A stretch of DNA of 64,000 bases from Mobula hypostoma (Eukaryota): the NCBI RefSeq assembly GCF_963921235.1, contig NC_086108.1, forward strand, positions 15,996,001 through 16,060,000, given 5' to 3'. The notes below the pieces were generated by a model. The model saw nothing but the letters and a program-made list of their open reading frames with translations, was not told the origin of the DNA and ran no database searches. The translations under genes and the position numbers were made by a program. Shown here piece after piece: positions 37,123 to 50,881 of the stretch (position 1 is its first letter; each line of letters opens with the position of its first letter).

Positions 37123-39126
37123 CTTTCAATGAGATGGATGGGTTTGGTGCAGTGATACCAGCTTCTCAACATCAGGCTGAATGTCATTCAGAAGAAGTCT
37201 CAGATCCCCACATTCAGTCATTTCCAAACTGCTTTGTTGCTTTGAAAGAAGTTGGGCTATTGTACTGGAACTGCTCCACTAAATATGATGTTAGAAGGGC
37301 AATAAAGACCACCATGACTTTTTTCCCACACTGCAGGATAGCGTTCAGAGATTTCTTTCTGCAATCAATTGTCTTCATATGATTTTGTTGAACCTTGGCT
37401 TCAGTTCAAAATCATTTTGTGGTAAAATCATTTCCTCCTCCATCCTTCTTGTTAATTTCTCATTATAAGTGTTCAGGAATGTATTTATTTTACCCAATCT
37501 GGAACTTGGATCAAGAGAAGATCCTGAAATATCTCTGTCATGACTTTATGCACCTCATCCAGATGTGCACAGTGTAGTTGAAGATCTCAGAGATCAGAGA
37601 GGCTCTGAGATTGGAAAAGGTCACGACGGCCAATATTGCAGTTAAATAGAGTTAACTTGGACAGAAATGTGGAGACAACCGATTTGACTAAGGTAAGATT
37701 CACATAATTTCCTTGTAATTGAAGATTGATTTCATTAAACTGCAAATAATTCTAGCAAATAAGCAATGTCATGCCTAAAATTCTTGAGTTGTTACTGAAT
37801 GAAACATTTAAGTCTTCAAAGAATTTTATCAGTTTCAAAAAGGACATAAAAGCATCTTTGCAGTTTTCTTTTGAGAGCCATCTGACTTTTGTGTACAACA
37901 TCTAGTGTTCAAATTGTTCCTCATTCTCAATACACAGCTCTCAAAACAGTTGAGAATTGAAAGCAAGTATATGATTTTAATTACCACTGTGGTAACAGTA
38001 TTTAATGATTTATGCAGGTGATCACTTAGATTTTTTTTTGCAACAAGATGTCTGTGAAACAGCTTTTTTCAAGTACTAACTCTACATGTGTCGTGTTATT
38101 AATGGTGTCCTATCTGTTACACAAGCAAGAATGTTGGTGAGTGGAATGTATTTATCTCTAAAAGTTCATTCAGTCCAAAATATTGACTCCCCCTTTGTAT
38201 CCACTTCTAGTTCTCTTGCAAATAACAAATCTTGAACCATGCTTTCATCCTTTATGAATCAAACATAACCACAAAGCAAAGATTTGTTGCCTGATAAAGT
38301 TGACTCATCCAGCTGCAGAACAAATTCGGTTATCCTAAATATGTTGCACAATGTGTCTTCCACATTCTCAAACATTTCATCTATTTGTCTTTTAGACAGT
38401 GTTGATGCCAAGCAGAATTGCTTTAGTTACTTGATCATGTGACTTTTGCAACACTGTACTCAGAACCTCCCTTACTGCTGTCAGATTCAGTTCTTCTCCA
38501 ATTGTATGGGGCTTTCCAGATTTAGCAATAAACAATGAAATGTATGAAGCACACAAACAATCACTGTTTTGTTGTGAAATGCTGGCAAACATGTTATGAA
38601 GTGTTTTCCTTTTCTGAAGGTGACTGAAAATAAGACAAGTTCTTGTTTGCTTCATCAGAGTGTAATCTCTTCAAATGTTCAGGGAGACTGGATGGTTTCA
38701 CTGTCTCATTTGAAAAACAAAACCCTTTCACACACCAAACACATTGCTGCTGTTGGTTGCTTGGTGCTGGTATAAATCCAATTTTCAGATACTTCACACC
38801 GTACTATTGAGACTTCTTTTTTGTTTGGCCCACTTCTGCCATTTTCATTATGGATTAATGACCGGAATTAATCACCTATTGTTTAAGTCCAACCTCAAGT
38901 GCTACAATCAATAAAGGGGAAAGTTATGATGTTATCATAGCTCAGGCAAAACCTGATTTCTGCCTGAAGGTACATATAGTGGGGCAGTGATATGTCGGTT
39001 GGGTCTTAGATCTAAAGAAATGTGGTCAAGACCATTCAAAAGGGCAGATTCTGAACTTTACCCCATTGAACAGCAAACCCTAATTCACAGGAATTGCATC
39101 ACTGCATGATTAGCGTATGGGAACCG

Positions 39127-39505
39127 TATAAAACGTATAAAATCCTAAAAGGATTGGACAGGCTAGATGCAGGAAGATTGTTCCCGATGTTGGGGAAGTC
39201 CAGAACGAGGGGTCACAGTTTGAGGATAAAGGGGAAGCCTTTTAGGACTGAGATTAGGAAAAACTTCTTCACACAGAGAGTGGTGAATCTGTGGAATTCT
39301 CTCCCACAGGAAACAGTTGAGGCCAGTTCATTGGCTATATTTAAGAGGGAGTTAGATATGGCCCTTGTGGCTACGGGGATCAGGGGGTATGGAGGGATGG
39401 CTGGTGCAGGGTTCTGAGTTGGATGATCAGCCATGATCATAATAAATGGCGGTGCAGGCTCGAAGGGCCGAATGGCCTACTCCTGCACCTATTTTCTATG
39501 TTTCT
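39127..39505 (+). mobile_element. Young CR1 3' fragment, near-identical to the 3' end of the copy at 23929-25415
   Basis: TYKILKGLDRLDAGRLFPMLG and the 3' UTR match the minus-strand copy. Confidence 0.92.
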
Positions 39506-41164
39506 AACACTGTACTACAGAAGTGAACAGCAGTAATGCATAGGCCAGGCCCAGAAATATCACAATTTCTTCAGTCCATATTTCTTAGGATATGTCAAGT
39601 ACAGAAGTGTCACATTGCTTTTCAATAACTATAACATACTTCGAGCAAAGTCTACGAGAACGATGGGTTAGCAAGGGATGCGGTGATTACATGATTATTT
39701 TAATTAATTTTGAGGCACTGAAGATCAAATGCTTGTAATAAGCAATTCATTTCTTAAATTAAGCCTGTAATCCTCCAGCTGTCTGCCCTTCCTACCAAGA
39801 GCCAACACCTCCCCACCACCAACCACTTCCTTTATCTCCCCCTTAGAAATACCAACTACCCCCACGGGTGCGATATCACCCACTTTGGAAACCTTGAAAA
39901 TATATTAAAAATGCAAAAACGAGTAGTAATGCTTCCGAAAATAATTTGTGATGGAGTGGGGGAAGAGTAAAAATTTCCAAGGACACCATTCAGTTCTTAA
40001 TCTTTTCTTTCTCTTGGAAGTTACTTTTTAACCTGCTTCCAGAATAGAAAGTTCCTAAAATACAAAACACCAAAAGAATGTGAAAATGTCTTTATTGTAA
40101 CAGAAACAGCTTAATCTCTCCCCTCCTTCACAACGTTCCCAGTTCTCTCTCCCTCTCCAGCTGTGCTTCTCTTGTGCCTTTCACGTAGCATCTTAGTTCT
40201 TAATTTTTTTTATGTTGAACGAGAATGACTTTTCTTTTCTTCCCTTCTCTCTGAACTTCTGACTGCTTTTTTACCCAAAGGACTTATTCCAAACACAAAC
40301 ATTATTAGTGAAATATCATAGAGAACATTGCATGTAACTATCTGATAGCCAGCAATAAGTTATTGAGTAAAAAGATCCAAAAATAAACAGCCATGAGAGG
40401 TCTGGCTCAAAGTATCGGAAAATTGACCAAGAACTACAGCCAAAAGAGTTTTAATTAAAGATAAGGATTTTGTCTAAGCTGTAAGGGACAAGGTCAAATA
40501 GGTATGAATGTAGTCCAAGGAAGGATGGTGTGAACATGGTAGAAGGTAGTGATAGGAAAGGTACATCTATGGGAGATGTACTTGGGCCACACGAAGGAAC
40601 TTACCCACAGGAGATCAGAGTGAGGGCAAAGGAAAGGGTCATGGACGAAAGGACGGTCATGGGGGAAAAGGGCAAAACCGCACGTTGCTGGTAGGTTGCT
40701 TTTGGGACAGAGATGTGCCAGGTGGAAGAGAGATAAGGGTCCAGGAGGCAAAATGAGAGTCTGTGGGACAAGGGTATTGGGCCTAAGGGAAAAAGGGTGA
40801 AAGCCCGGTGGGGCATTATGAGGGTTTTTGAGAACAGAATGGAGGGTCTTTGGGGAAAGGGGAAGAGGGGCTATGGATACAGGACAGACGGGAGGGGAGA
40901 GGGCTGGATACAGGAGGGAGAGTCTGTGGGGAAAATGGAGAGGGCCTGTGGAGACAGTGTGAGTGTTTGTGTGGACAGGGACTTGGACAGTAGATATATT
41001 TTGCATTCTTAAAAACCCTAGAGATGTTTGAATTTTGAAATAAGAAGAGAAAATACTAAAAATGCAGGTCATTCAGCATCTGTGGAAAGAAAAAGGTCTT
41101 CACATTCAAGGCTTTTCAGCAAATGAAAGGATCACAAACCTAACTTTCTCTCTTCGTAGATAAT

Positions 41165-41300
41165 CTTACCCTATGAAGGGTCTTAGCCCGAAATGTTGAC
41201 TGTTTATTCATTTCCATAGATGCTGCCTGACCTGCTGAGTTCTGCCAGCATTTTGTGTGTGTTGCTCTGGATTTCCAGCATCTGTATGATTTTTATGTTT
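41165..41300 (+). mobile_element. Penelope terminal-repeat fragment
   Basis: ATGAAGGGTCTTAGCCCGAAATGTTGACTG...GATGCTGCCTGACCTGCTGAGTTC...GATTTCCAGCATCTG, as in the other copies. Confidence 0.8.
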
Positions 41301-42160
41301 AACATTTATTTTATGGTGTTACTATTTTGCTTTAGCAGTCATATACATAATCCTTTGCACAGTTCTAGCCAATGAAATATTGAAAAGCCCACTCACTGAT
41401 TGACAGGATTCAGATCTGAGGTGCTGTTTCTGTGACTTGAAGTATCATTTTCCACTACATATTCAAAGAGCAGAATATTATGGTTAACAGAGTTTTACCA
41501 TGACACATTAGTCTGCAAAGTCATCCTACTCAAGTAGGAGCATTAATATAGGCTACACACAGCTCTTATACTGTTTTTGAATAAAGAGCAGAGACCAGAG
41601 GATTGCATCATTAAAAGTAACTGGTAGCCACTTCATTGCTACAGGTGGTAGTTACAGACATGATGGCTGAAAGGGAAAGCTAACGGAGAAACAGCAAGCC
41701 CCTCATTTCACCACCTGCCTGGGAATGCAGATGGTAGGAGAGGTGCCTCTCACAGTTGAACAGTGAAATAAGACTCCCTTCCCGGCTGGACAGAGGTTTT
41801 GCCACTCATGGTCAGATGGACACCTTTCCTAATCTCAGACAGCTGAACAAATGGCAGCAAACTGGACAAAATAAAGATCAATCAGTCAGTGATCAGTTCT
41901 GCTGCTATTTAAGTCTAGTGGAGCTGGAAGGTAATGGATAAAAGGTGCAAAGTATATGAGACTTGCAGGGAACTCTCAATTCATAGGCAAGAAATGGTGT
42001 TCTATATGTGACTTTAGATTCAGTGAGCCATTGCTTGGGCCTTGACACCACGTGTTAGAACAGAGAACATAGAAAATACAGAACAGTACAGGCCCTTCAG
42101 CTCGCAATGTTGTGTCGACCTTTTAACCTACTACTTTCAGTCTAACCCTTCTCTATTAAA

Positions 42161-43310
42161 TGGCCCACACGGTAGGCTTATTCAGAAAGTCAGAAGAAAT
42201 GGGATCCAAGGAAGTTTGGCCAGGTGGATTCAGAATTGGCTTGCCTGCAGAAGGCAGAGGGTCGTGGTGGAGGGAGTATATTCGGATTTGAGGGTTGTGA
42301 CTAGTGGTGTCCCACAAGGATCGGTTCTGGGACCTCTACTTTTCGTGATTTTTATTAACGACCTGGATGTTGGAGTAGAAGGGTGGGTTGGCAAGTTTGC
42401 AGACAACACAAAGGTTGTGGTGTTGTAGATAGTGTTGAGGATTGTCAAATATTGCAGAGAGACATTGATAGGATGCAGAAGTGGGCTGAGAAGTGGCAGA
42501 TGGAGTTCAACCCAGAGAAGTGTGAGGTGGTACACTTTGGAAGTACAAACTCCAAGGCAGAGTACAAAGTAAATGGCAGGATACTTGGTAGTGTGGAGGA
42601 GCAGAGGGATCTGGGGGTACATGTCCACAGATCCCTGAAAGTTGCCTCACAGGTAGATAGGGTAGTTAAGAAAGCTTATGGGGTGTTAGCTTTCATCAGT
42701 CAAGGGATAGAGTTTAAGAGTCACGAGGTAATGATGCAGCTGTATAAAACTCTGGTTAGGCCACACTTGGAGTACCGTGTCCAGTTCTGGTTGCCCCACT
42801 ATAGGAAGGATGTGGAAGCTTTGGAAAGGGTATAGAGGAGATTTACCAGGATGCTGCCTGGTTTAGAGAGTATGGATTATGATCAGAGATTAAGGAAGCT
42901 AGGGCTTTACTCTCTGGAGAGAAGAAGGATGAGAGGAGACATGATAGAGGTATACAAGATATTAAGAGGAATAGATATAGTGTATAGCCAGCACCTCTTC
43001 CCCAGGGCACCACTGCTCAATACAAGGGGACATGGCTTTAAGGTAAGGGGTGGGAAGTTCAAGGGGGATATTAGAGGAAGGTTTTTTACTCAGAGAGTGG
43101 TTGGTGCGTGGAATACACTGCCTGAGTCAGTGGTGGAGGCAGATACACTAGTGAAATTTAAGAGACTACTATACAGATATATGGAGGAATTTAAGGTGGC
43201 GGGTTATATGGGAGGCAAGGTTTGAGGGTCGGCACAACAATGTGGGCCGAAGGGCCTGTACTGTGCTGTACTATTCTATGTTCTTTACTGTGCTGTACTG
43301 TTCTATGTTC
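42161..43310 (+). mobile_element. 5'-truncated CR1 LINE nested in the 3' UTR of the minus-strand CR1
   Basis: [29 protein letters not shown] and FFTQRVV motifs. Duplicated TACTGTGCTGTACTnTTCTATGTTCT tail. Confidence 0.9.
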
Positions 43311-46300
43311 TTTATCTATATGCCTATCTAAGTGTTTCTTACATGTGCCTAATGTATCTGTTTCTACTACCACCCCTGGAAGGTTATTCTATGCAACAAC
43401 CAATCTCTGTGTAATAAAGCTTACTTCTGACATCCCCCCATACTTTCCTCCAATCACCTTAAAATTATGCTCCCTTATATTTCCCGTTTCTGTCCTGTGG
43501 AAAAAAATTGTCTCTGGCTATCCACTTTTTCTATGCCTCTTATCCACTTGTATACCTCTATCAAGTCACCTCTCATCCTCCTTGGCCCCAAAGAGAAATG
43601 TCCCAGCTTGCTCACCCTCTCCTCATTGGACATGCTCTCCAATCCAGGGAGCATCCTGGTAAATCTCCTCTGTACCCACTCGAAAGCTTCCACATCCTTC
43701 CTATAATGAGGTGACCAGAACTGAACACAATATTCCAAATGTGGTCTAACCAGGATTTTATAGAGCTGCAACATTACATCACGGCTCTTGAACTCAATCC
43801 CCCGACTAATAAAGCCAAACACACCACACGCCTTCTTAACAACCCTATCAACTTGGTTGGTAACTTTGAAGTATCTATGGATGTGGACCCCAAGATCCTT
43901 CTACTTCCACATTGCCCCAGAATTCTGCTATTTACCCTGTATTCTGCCTTCAAATTTGATCTTCCAAAGTGAATCACATCTGCCACTTCTCATTCCAGCT
44001 CTGCATCCTGACAATGTCCTGTTGTAACCTACGACAACCTTCTACACTACTGACAACTCCACCAACCTTCATGACATCCGCAAACTTAGCAATCCATTTC
44101 CTCATCCAAATCATTTTTAAAAATCACCAACAGCCGGGGTCTCAGAATACATCCCTGAGGAACACTACTCGTCACTGACCTCCAGGAAAAATACACTTCA
44201 TCTACTACCACTCCTTGTCTTCTATGGGCAAGCCAATTCTGTATCCACACAGCTGCATCTCCCTGGATTTCTTGCCTCCTGACTTTCTGAATGAGTCTAC
44301 CAGAGGGAATCTTATCAAACACCTTACTAAAATCCATATATATCATATCACTGCTCTAACGTCATCAATATACTTCGTCACATCCTCTTAAGAATTCAAA
44401 CAGGCTCATGAGGCATGACCTGCCCCTCACAAAGGAATACCATTTGCCAGCCTATAATCACCAAGTACTACTGCTGTGGCAGTGAGAATGCAAAGATCAT
44501 TGCGAAAGCTGCAGTAACCTCTTCCCTCACATCCTATAGCAACTTAGAATATATTGCCCTGGCCTGGAGACTTATCTATCCTAAAGTTTTTCAAAAGTTC
44601 CAATACACCCGCTTTCTTAACATTGACATGTTCTAGCATAATAGTCTGATTTATGCTGTCCTCACAAACATCAAGATGAATACTGAAGCAGTATTCATTA
44701 AGGACCTTCTCTGCCTGTCTAACATCAGGCGCATGCTTCCTCTTCTAGCCTTGATCGGTCCTACCCTCACTCTAGTCACCCTCCTGTTCTTCACATACGT
44801 ATAGAAAGCCTTGAAGTTTTCCTTAATCCTCTTCTAGCACTCCTAAGTCAGCTCTTTCCTGGCTACCTTCTAACTCTCCCGTCTGATCCTTGCTTCCTAA
44901 ACCTTAAGTAAGCTTCTTTCTTTCTCTTGACTAGATGTTCCACATCTCTTGTCAACCATGGTTCCTTCATCCTACCATCCTCTCCCTCATTGTTGCAAAC
45001 CAATCCAGAACCCCATGCAAGTGCTCCCTAAACAATATCTACATTGCCAATGTGCATTTCCATGAGTACATCTGTTCCCAATTACGCTCCCAAGTTCCTG
45101 CATTATATTTCACCCTCCCACAATTAAATACTTCCCCATACCATCTACTCTAAGCCTATGATAAAGGTCAGGGTCACTGTTTCCGAAATGCTCACCCACC
45201 AACACCTGATGTGGTTCATTGCCCAGTAACAGACCCAGTATGGCCTATGCTCTAGTCAGCCTATCCACATATTATGTTAGTAATCTTTCCTGAACACACC
45301 TAACAAATTCCACCCCATCTAAACTATTTGCACTAAGGAGGTGTCAATGAATGTTAGGGAAGGTAAACTCCCTCATGACAACAACCCTGTTAATTTTACA
45401 CCTTTCCAGAATCCTGATCTGTTCCTCAGTACCTCTGTCGCTATTGCAGGTTGAGGTCAATAGAGTTGACCTAATAGAGTGATTTCTACGCAAACTAACT
45501 CAGTAGACAATCCCTGCATGACGTTCTCTTTTTCTGCATCTGTGATACTGTCCCTGATTAGCAATGCCACTCTTCCACTTGTTTTACTTCCTTCTCCGTT
45601 CCTACTGAAACATCTAAACCTGAAACATCCAGCAGCCATTCCTGCTCTTGTGACAGCCAAGTCTCTGTTATGGTCACAACACTGTAGTTCCATGGACTGA
45701 CCCATGCTCTTAAGTTCATCACCCTTGTCCCTGATACTTCATGCATTAAAATAGACACACTTCAACCCATCCCACTGACTGCAATTCTGCCCTATCAACT
45801 GCCTATCCTTTCTCAGTCTCTCTACATGCTGCATCTACCTGTATACCAATTGCCCCAACCTCTGACCTATGACTCTGGATCCGATCCTCCTGTGAAACTA
45901 GGTTAAACCCTCCCCAACAGATCAGGCAAATCCAGCTCAAGGAAAAAGTCCAATCACACAAAAGGGAAAACCTGCAGATGCTGGAAATCCAAGCAACATA
46001 CACAAAATGCTGGAGGAACTCAGCAGGCCAGGCAGAATCTATGGAAAAGAGTTCAGTGGATGCTTCAGGCCGAGACCCTTGGTCCTCCACAAGTTCAGGT
46101 GTAACCTGTCCTTTTTGTACAGGTCATACCTTCCCCAGAAGAGAGGCCAATGATCCACAATTTTGAAAACCTGCACCAATTCCTCATTCATCTGCCAAAT
46201 CATCCTATTCCTACCTTCACTGGCGTGTGACACAGGCAGTAATCCAAACATCACACACTCCTGGTGTCCTTCATTTTTGTTTACTACCCTAACTCTCTAT

Positions 46301-46403
46301 ATTCTCTTTTCAAGACCTCAGCCCTTACCCTACCAATGTTACTTCCCTACATCCAGCTATTCACCCTGCCCATTTAGAACACTATGGACTCGATCTGAGA
46401 CAC

Positions 46404-48751
46404 GATGATGATGATGATGATAACCATAACCATATAACAATTACAGCACGGAAACAGGCCATCTTGGCCCTTCTAGTCTCTTACTCATACTCTCACCTAG
46501 TCCCACCGACCTGCACTCAGCCCATAACCCTCCATTCCTTTCCTGTCCATATATCTATCCAATTTAACTTCAAATGACAACATCGAACCTGCCTCAACCA
46601 CTTCTACTGGAAGCTCGTTCCACACAGTTACCACTCTCTGAGTAAAGAAGTTCCCCCTCATGTTACCCCTAAACTTTTGCCCTTTAACTCTCAACTCATG
46701 TCCTCTTGTTTGAATCTCCCCCAGTCTCAATGGAAAAAGCCTATCCACATCAACTCTATCTATCCCCCTCATAATTTTAAATACCTCTATCAAGTCCGCC
46801 CTCAACCTTCTACGCTCCAAAGAATAAAGACCTAACTTGTTGAACCTTTCTCTGTAACTTAGGAGATGAAACCCAGGCAACATTTTAGTAAATATCCTCT
46901 GTACTCACTCAATTTTATTGACATAGTTCCTATAATTCGGTGACCAGAACTGTACACAATACTCCAAATTTGGCCTTACCAATGCCTTATACAATTTCAA
47001 CATTACATCTCAACTACTGTACTCAATGCTCTAATTTATAAAGGCCAGCATACCAAAAGCTTTCTTCACCACCCTATCCATATGAGATTCCACCTTCAGG
47101 GAACTATGCACCATTATTCCTAGATCCTTCTGTTCGACTGCATTCTTCAATGCCCTACCATTTACCATGTATATCCTATTTTGATTAGTCCTACCAAGAT
47201 GTAGCACCTCACATTTATCAGCATTAAACTCCATCTGCCACCTTTCAGCCCATTCTTCTAAGTGGTCTGAATCTATCTGCAAGCTTTGAAAACCTACTTC
47301 ATTATCCACAACGCCACCTATCTTAATATCATCTGCATACTTACTAATCCAATTTACCACCCCATCATCCAGATCATTAAAATATATGACAAACAGTGTT
47401 GGACCCAGTACAGATCCCTGAGGCACACCACTAGACACCGTCCTCCAATCTGACACACAGTTATCGACCACTACTCTCTGGCATCTCCCATCCAGCCACT
47501 GCTAAATCCATTTTACTACCACGATATTAATGCCTAACAATTGAACCTTCCTAACTAACCTTCCATGTGGATCCTTGTCAAAGGCTTTACTGAAGTCCAT
47601 ATAAACAACATCCACCGCTTTACCCTCGTCAACTTTCCTAGTAACCTCATCAAAAAATTCAATAAGATTTGTCAAACATGACCTTTCACGCACAAATCTA
47701 TGTTGACTGTTCCTAATCAGACCTTGTCTATCCAGATATTACATATACCATCTTTAAGAATACTTTCTATCAATTTACCCACCACTGACATCAAACTCAC
47801 AGGCCGATAATTGCTAGGTTTACTCTTAGAACCCTTTTTAAACAATGGAACCACATGAGCAATACATCAATCCTCCGGCACCATTCCCGTTTCTAATGAC
47901 ATTTGAAATATTTCTGTCAGAGCCCCTGCTATTTCCACAGTAACTTCCCTCAAGGTCCTAGGGAATATCCTGTCCAGACCCAGAGACTTATCCACTTTTA
48001 TATTCCTTAAAAGTGCCAGTACTTCCTCTTCTTTAATCATCATACTTTCCATAACTACCCTTCTGGTTTCCTTTACCTTACACAATTTAGTATCCTTCTC
48101 CTTAGTGAATACCGAAGAAAAGAATTTATTCAAAATCTCCCCCCATCTCTTTTGGCTCCTCACACAGCCGTCCACTCTGATTCTCTAAGGGACCAATTTA
48201 ATCCTTCACTATCCTTTTTGCTATTAATATAACTGTAGAAATCCTTTGGATTTATTTTCACCTTACTTGCCAAAGTAGCCTCATATCTTTTTTTAGCTTT
48301 TCTAATTTCTTTCTTAAGATTCTTTTTACATTCTTTATATTCCTTGAGCACCTCATTTACTCCAAGCTGCCTATATTTATTGAAGATCCCTCTCTTTTTC
48401 CGAACCAAGTTTTCAATATCCCTTGAAAACCATGGCTCTCTCAAACTTTTAACCTTCCTTTCAACCTAACAGGAACATAAAGATCCTGTACCCTCAAAAT
48501 TTCACCATTAGACCTCCATTTCTCTATTACATCCTTTCCATAAAACAAATTGTCCCAATCCATTCCTTCTAATTCCTTTCGCATCTCCTGAAAGTTAGCC
48601 TTTCTCCAATCAAAAATCTCAACCTTGGGTCCAGTCCTATCCTTCTCCATAATTATATTGAAACTAATGGTATTGTGATCACTGGACCTGAAGTGCTCCC
48701 CAACACATACCTCCGTCACCTGCCCTATCATCATCATCGTTATCATCATCA
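46404..48751 (-). mobile_element. CR1 LINE with 8-bp TSD inserted into ORF1 of an older CR1
   Basis: TGAGACAC at 46396-46403 and 48752-48759. RT ORF pieces span 46497..48833. Confidence 0.92.
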
Positions 48752-50881
48752 TGAGACACCCCTGACTCTGGAACCTGGCAGATAATATACCATCTGGGTA
48801 TCTCTTTCGCAACCACCAAATCTCTTGTCTCATCCTCTATTGAACTCCTCCCCTCCCCCATCACTACTGCCCTCCCCTTCTCCCTTCTTCCCTTCTGAGC
48901 CACTGAACTAGTCTAGATGCCATCCTAAGTGTTAGTCAGGGGAATGGCTACGGGCCATTCTGCACTACCTACCTATTCCCTTTCTCTCTCCTGACAGTCA
49001 TCTAGCTCCTGTCTTCTGTCTCCTGACTACCTCCCTGTCACTCTCATCTATTACTTTCTTATTCTCCTGAATGAGCTACAGGTCATCCAGTTGCAGCTCC
49101 AGTTTCCTAACACAACCTGTACGGAGTTACAGCTGGGTGCAATTCACACAAATTTTGTTACCAGGAAGACTGGGGGGGGCTTTCATCATATAGCAGGCCT
49201 CAGTGGCTGAAAACTGTGCAGAAGACCCTTTGAATAAAGATGGCCCTTAATCCCCAACGTGCTTCCATCAGGTAACATGATCAATGAGAAACTATCAATG
49301 AACAGAATCATGTGAGCTTCTGCATACCTAACACTAACCATGGGAAAGTTCCTCTGATTGATCAGGAGATGAGGGAGTGGCATCCCCTGAATTTCAGAGG
49401 TCCAGATTCTAAAGGGGACACCGGGGCATAATGTTTGCAGTCGCGATGGGTCTGCTCTGTGCTGAAGAAACTGTTGAGGAAGGAGCTTGTACAAGAATAT
49501 ACATCAACAGTGACCTCAGTACAACAGCATTCAGCACATTCAGATGAATGAGGCGTATTCTGAGAGTTCGAAGTGCGACAGAATTAGATCAATCAAATGG
49601 GCCAGTTTTGCAGTGTATCACACCTGTCTCCTGCTGTTGAGGGATCAGTATCTGTATTCCTTTGGCTAGTGTGAATCTGAGAATCGGGAACTCCTCTAAA
49701 AAACATGTGAAAGGACAATTACTTTACTGACTTCAAGCAATAAATCAAGAAATACATCGCATTTGAGAATAATATTTCACATAAAATTTTGAAATTTTGA
49801 TTCCCTGTTGTAAGAATTTATTTTAAGTGACATTAATACAGTATAACAAAAAAATGCTTAACATCAATTAAAATTACCTGCGCATGCAAAATTAACATAC
49901 AGTGTTACCTACTCTGAAGGTGACATACAAGCATATGTTTTTGTATTTGCCTCTAGCTTCCACCCTGCCCTTAAATTCACTCAGTCCATTTTGACACCTC
50001 CCTCCCCTTTCTCAATCTCCGTCTCCACCTCTGGAGACAAACTGTCAACCGACATTTTATAAGCCACAATTCCCATGTTTATCTCTTCCTACCCTATTCC
50101 CATAAAACTGCTATTCCCTTTTCTCATCTCCTTCACCTCCACCACATCTGTTCCAAGCTGCAGCTTTCCTTTCCAGGGCATCAGAGATATCTTCCTTCAG
50201 AATAGGGCTTCCCTTCCTCCACTATTGATGCTGTCCTCACCCTCATCTCCTCTTTCCTTACCCTACGAGCCTTCACATCCAACATATCATCCTCTGCAAT
50301 TTCTGCCATCTCCAAAGGGATCCCACCTCCCTTCCTCCCTCCACATTCTGCAGGGATCACCACGATTCCCTTCTCCATGCGTCCCTCCCAGCACTTATCC
50401 CTGCAAGTGGCCTAACTTCTACATTTGCCCATTCATCTCCTCCCTTCATTCAGTGTCCCAAACAATCCTTCCAGGTGAGGCAACACTTAACCTGTGAGTC
50501 TACTGGGGTCACCTATTGAGTCCGGTGCTCCTGATGTGGCCTCCTCTGCATAGGTGAGACCGGTCATAAATTGGAGGACCGCTTCATTGAGCATCTCCGC
50601 TAAAAGTGGAACTTGCCGGCGGCCAAACATTTTTATTCCCATTCTCATTCCAAATTGTTGGGCCATGGAGCCCTCTTGTGCCAAAGATGAGGCCACCCTC
50701 AGGCTGGAGAAGCAACACCTTATATTCCGTCTGGGTAGCCTCCAACCCAAAGGCATGAATATCGATTTCTCCTATCGGTAAAAGGATTTTTTCCCTCCCC
50801 TTCCTCTCTTCCCACTCTGGCCTTTTACACCTTTTCACCTGCTTATCATTCGCCACCTCCTTCCCTTTCTCCTATCAGATT

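Larger units (their letters stand above)
36527..39896 (-). mobile_element. Decayed hAT (Charlie/Buster-like) DNA transposon with nested retroelement insertions
   Basis: TIR-like CAGTGGTTCCCAACCT at 36527. Minus-strand transposase remnants YLKIGF...FSNETVKPSSLPEHLKRLH, ASYISLFIAKSGKPHTIGEEL and VLQLDEST. The right end is tentative and no TSD was found. Confidence 0.82.
42060..49170 (-). mobile_element. Old near-full-length CR1 LINE (ORF1 esterase, APE, RT) carrying three nested insertions
   Basis: RT remnants 43475..44346, APE remnants 45457..45758 and ORF1 WGRYDLYKKDRLHLN in 46039..46254. Interrupted by 42161-43310, a Penelope repeat near 45955-46085, and 46404-48751. Confidence 0.8.

Noticed and set aside
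40490..41012. Purine-rich tract with ORFs of 192 and 71 aa
   Set aside because: Low-complexity G/A bias explains the lack of stops. No motif or periodicity seen.
49186..49650. Unique-looking sequence with a 102-aa ORF
   Set aside because: No recognisable homology or consistent exon structure.
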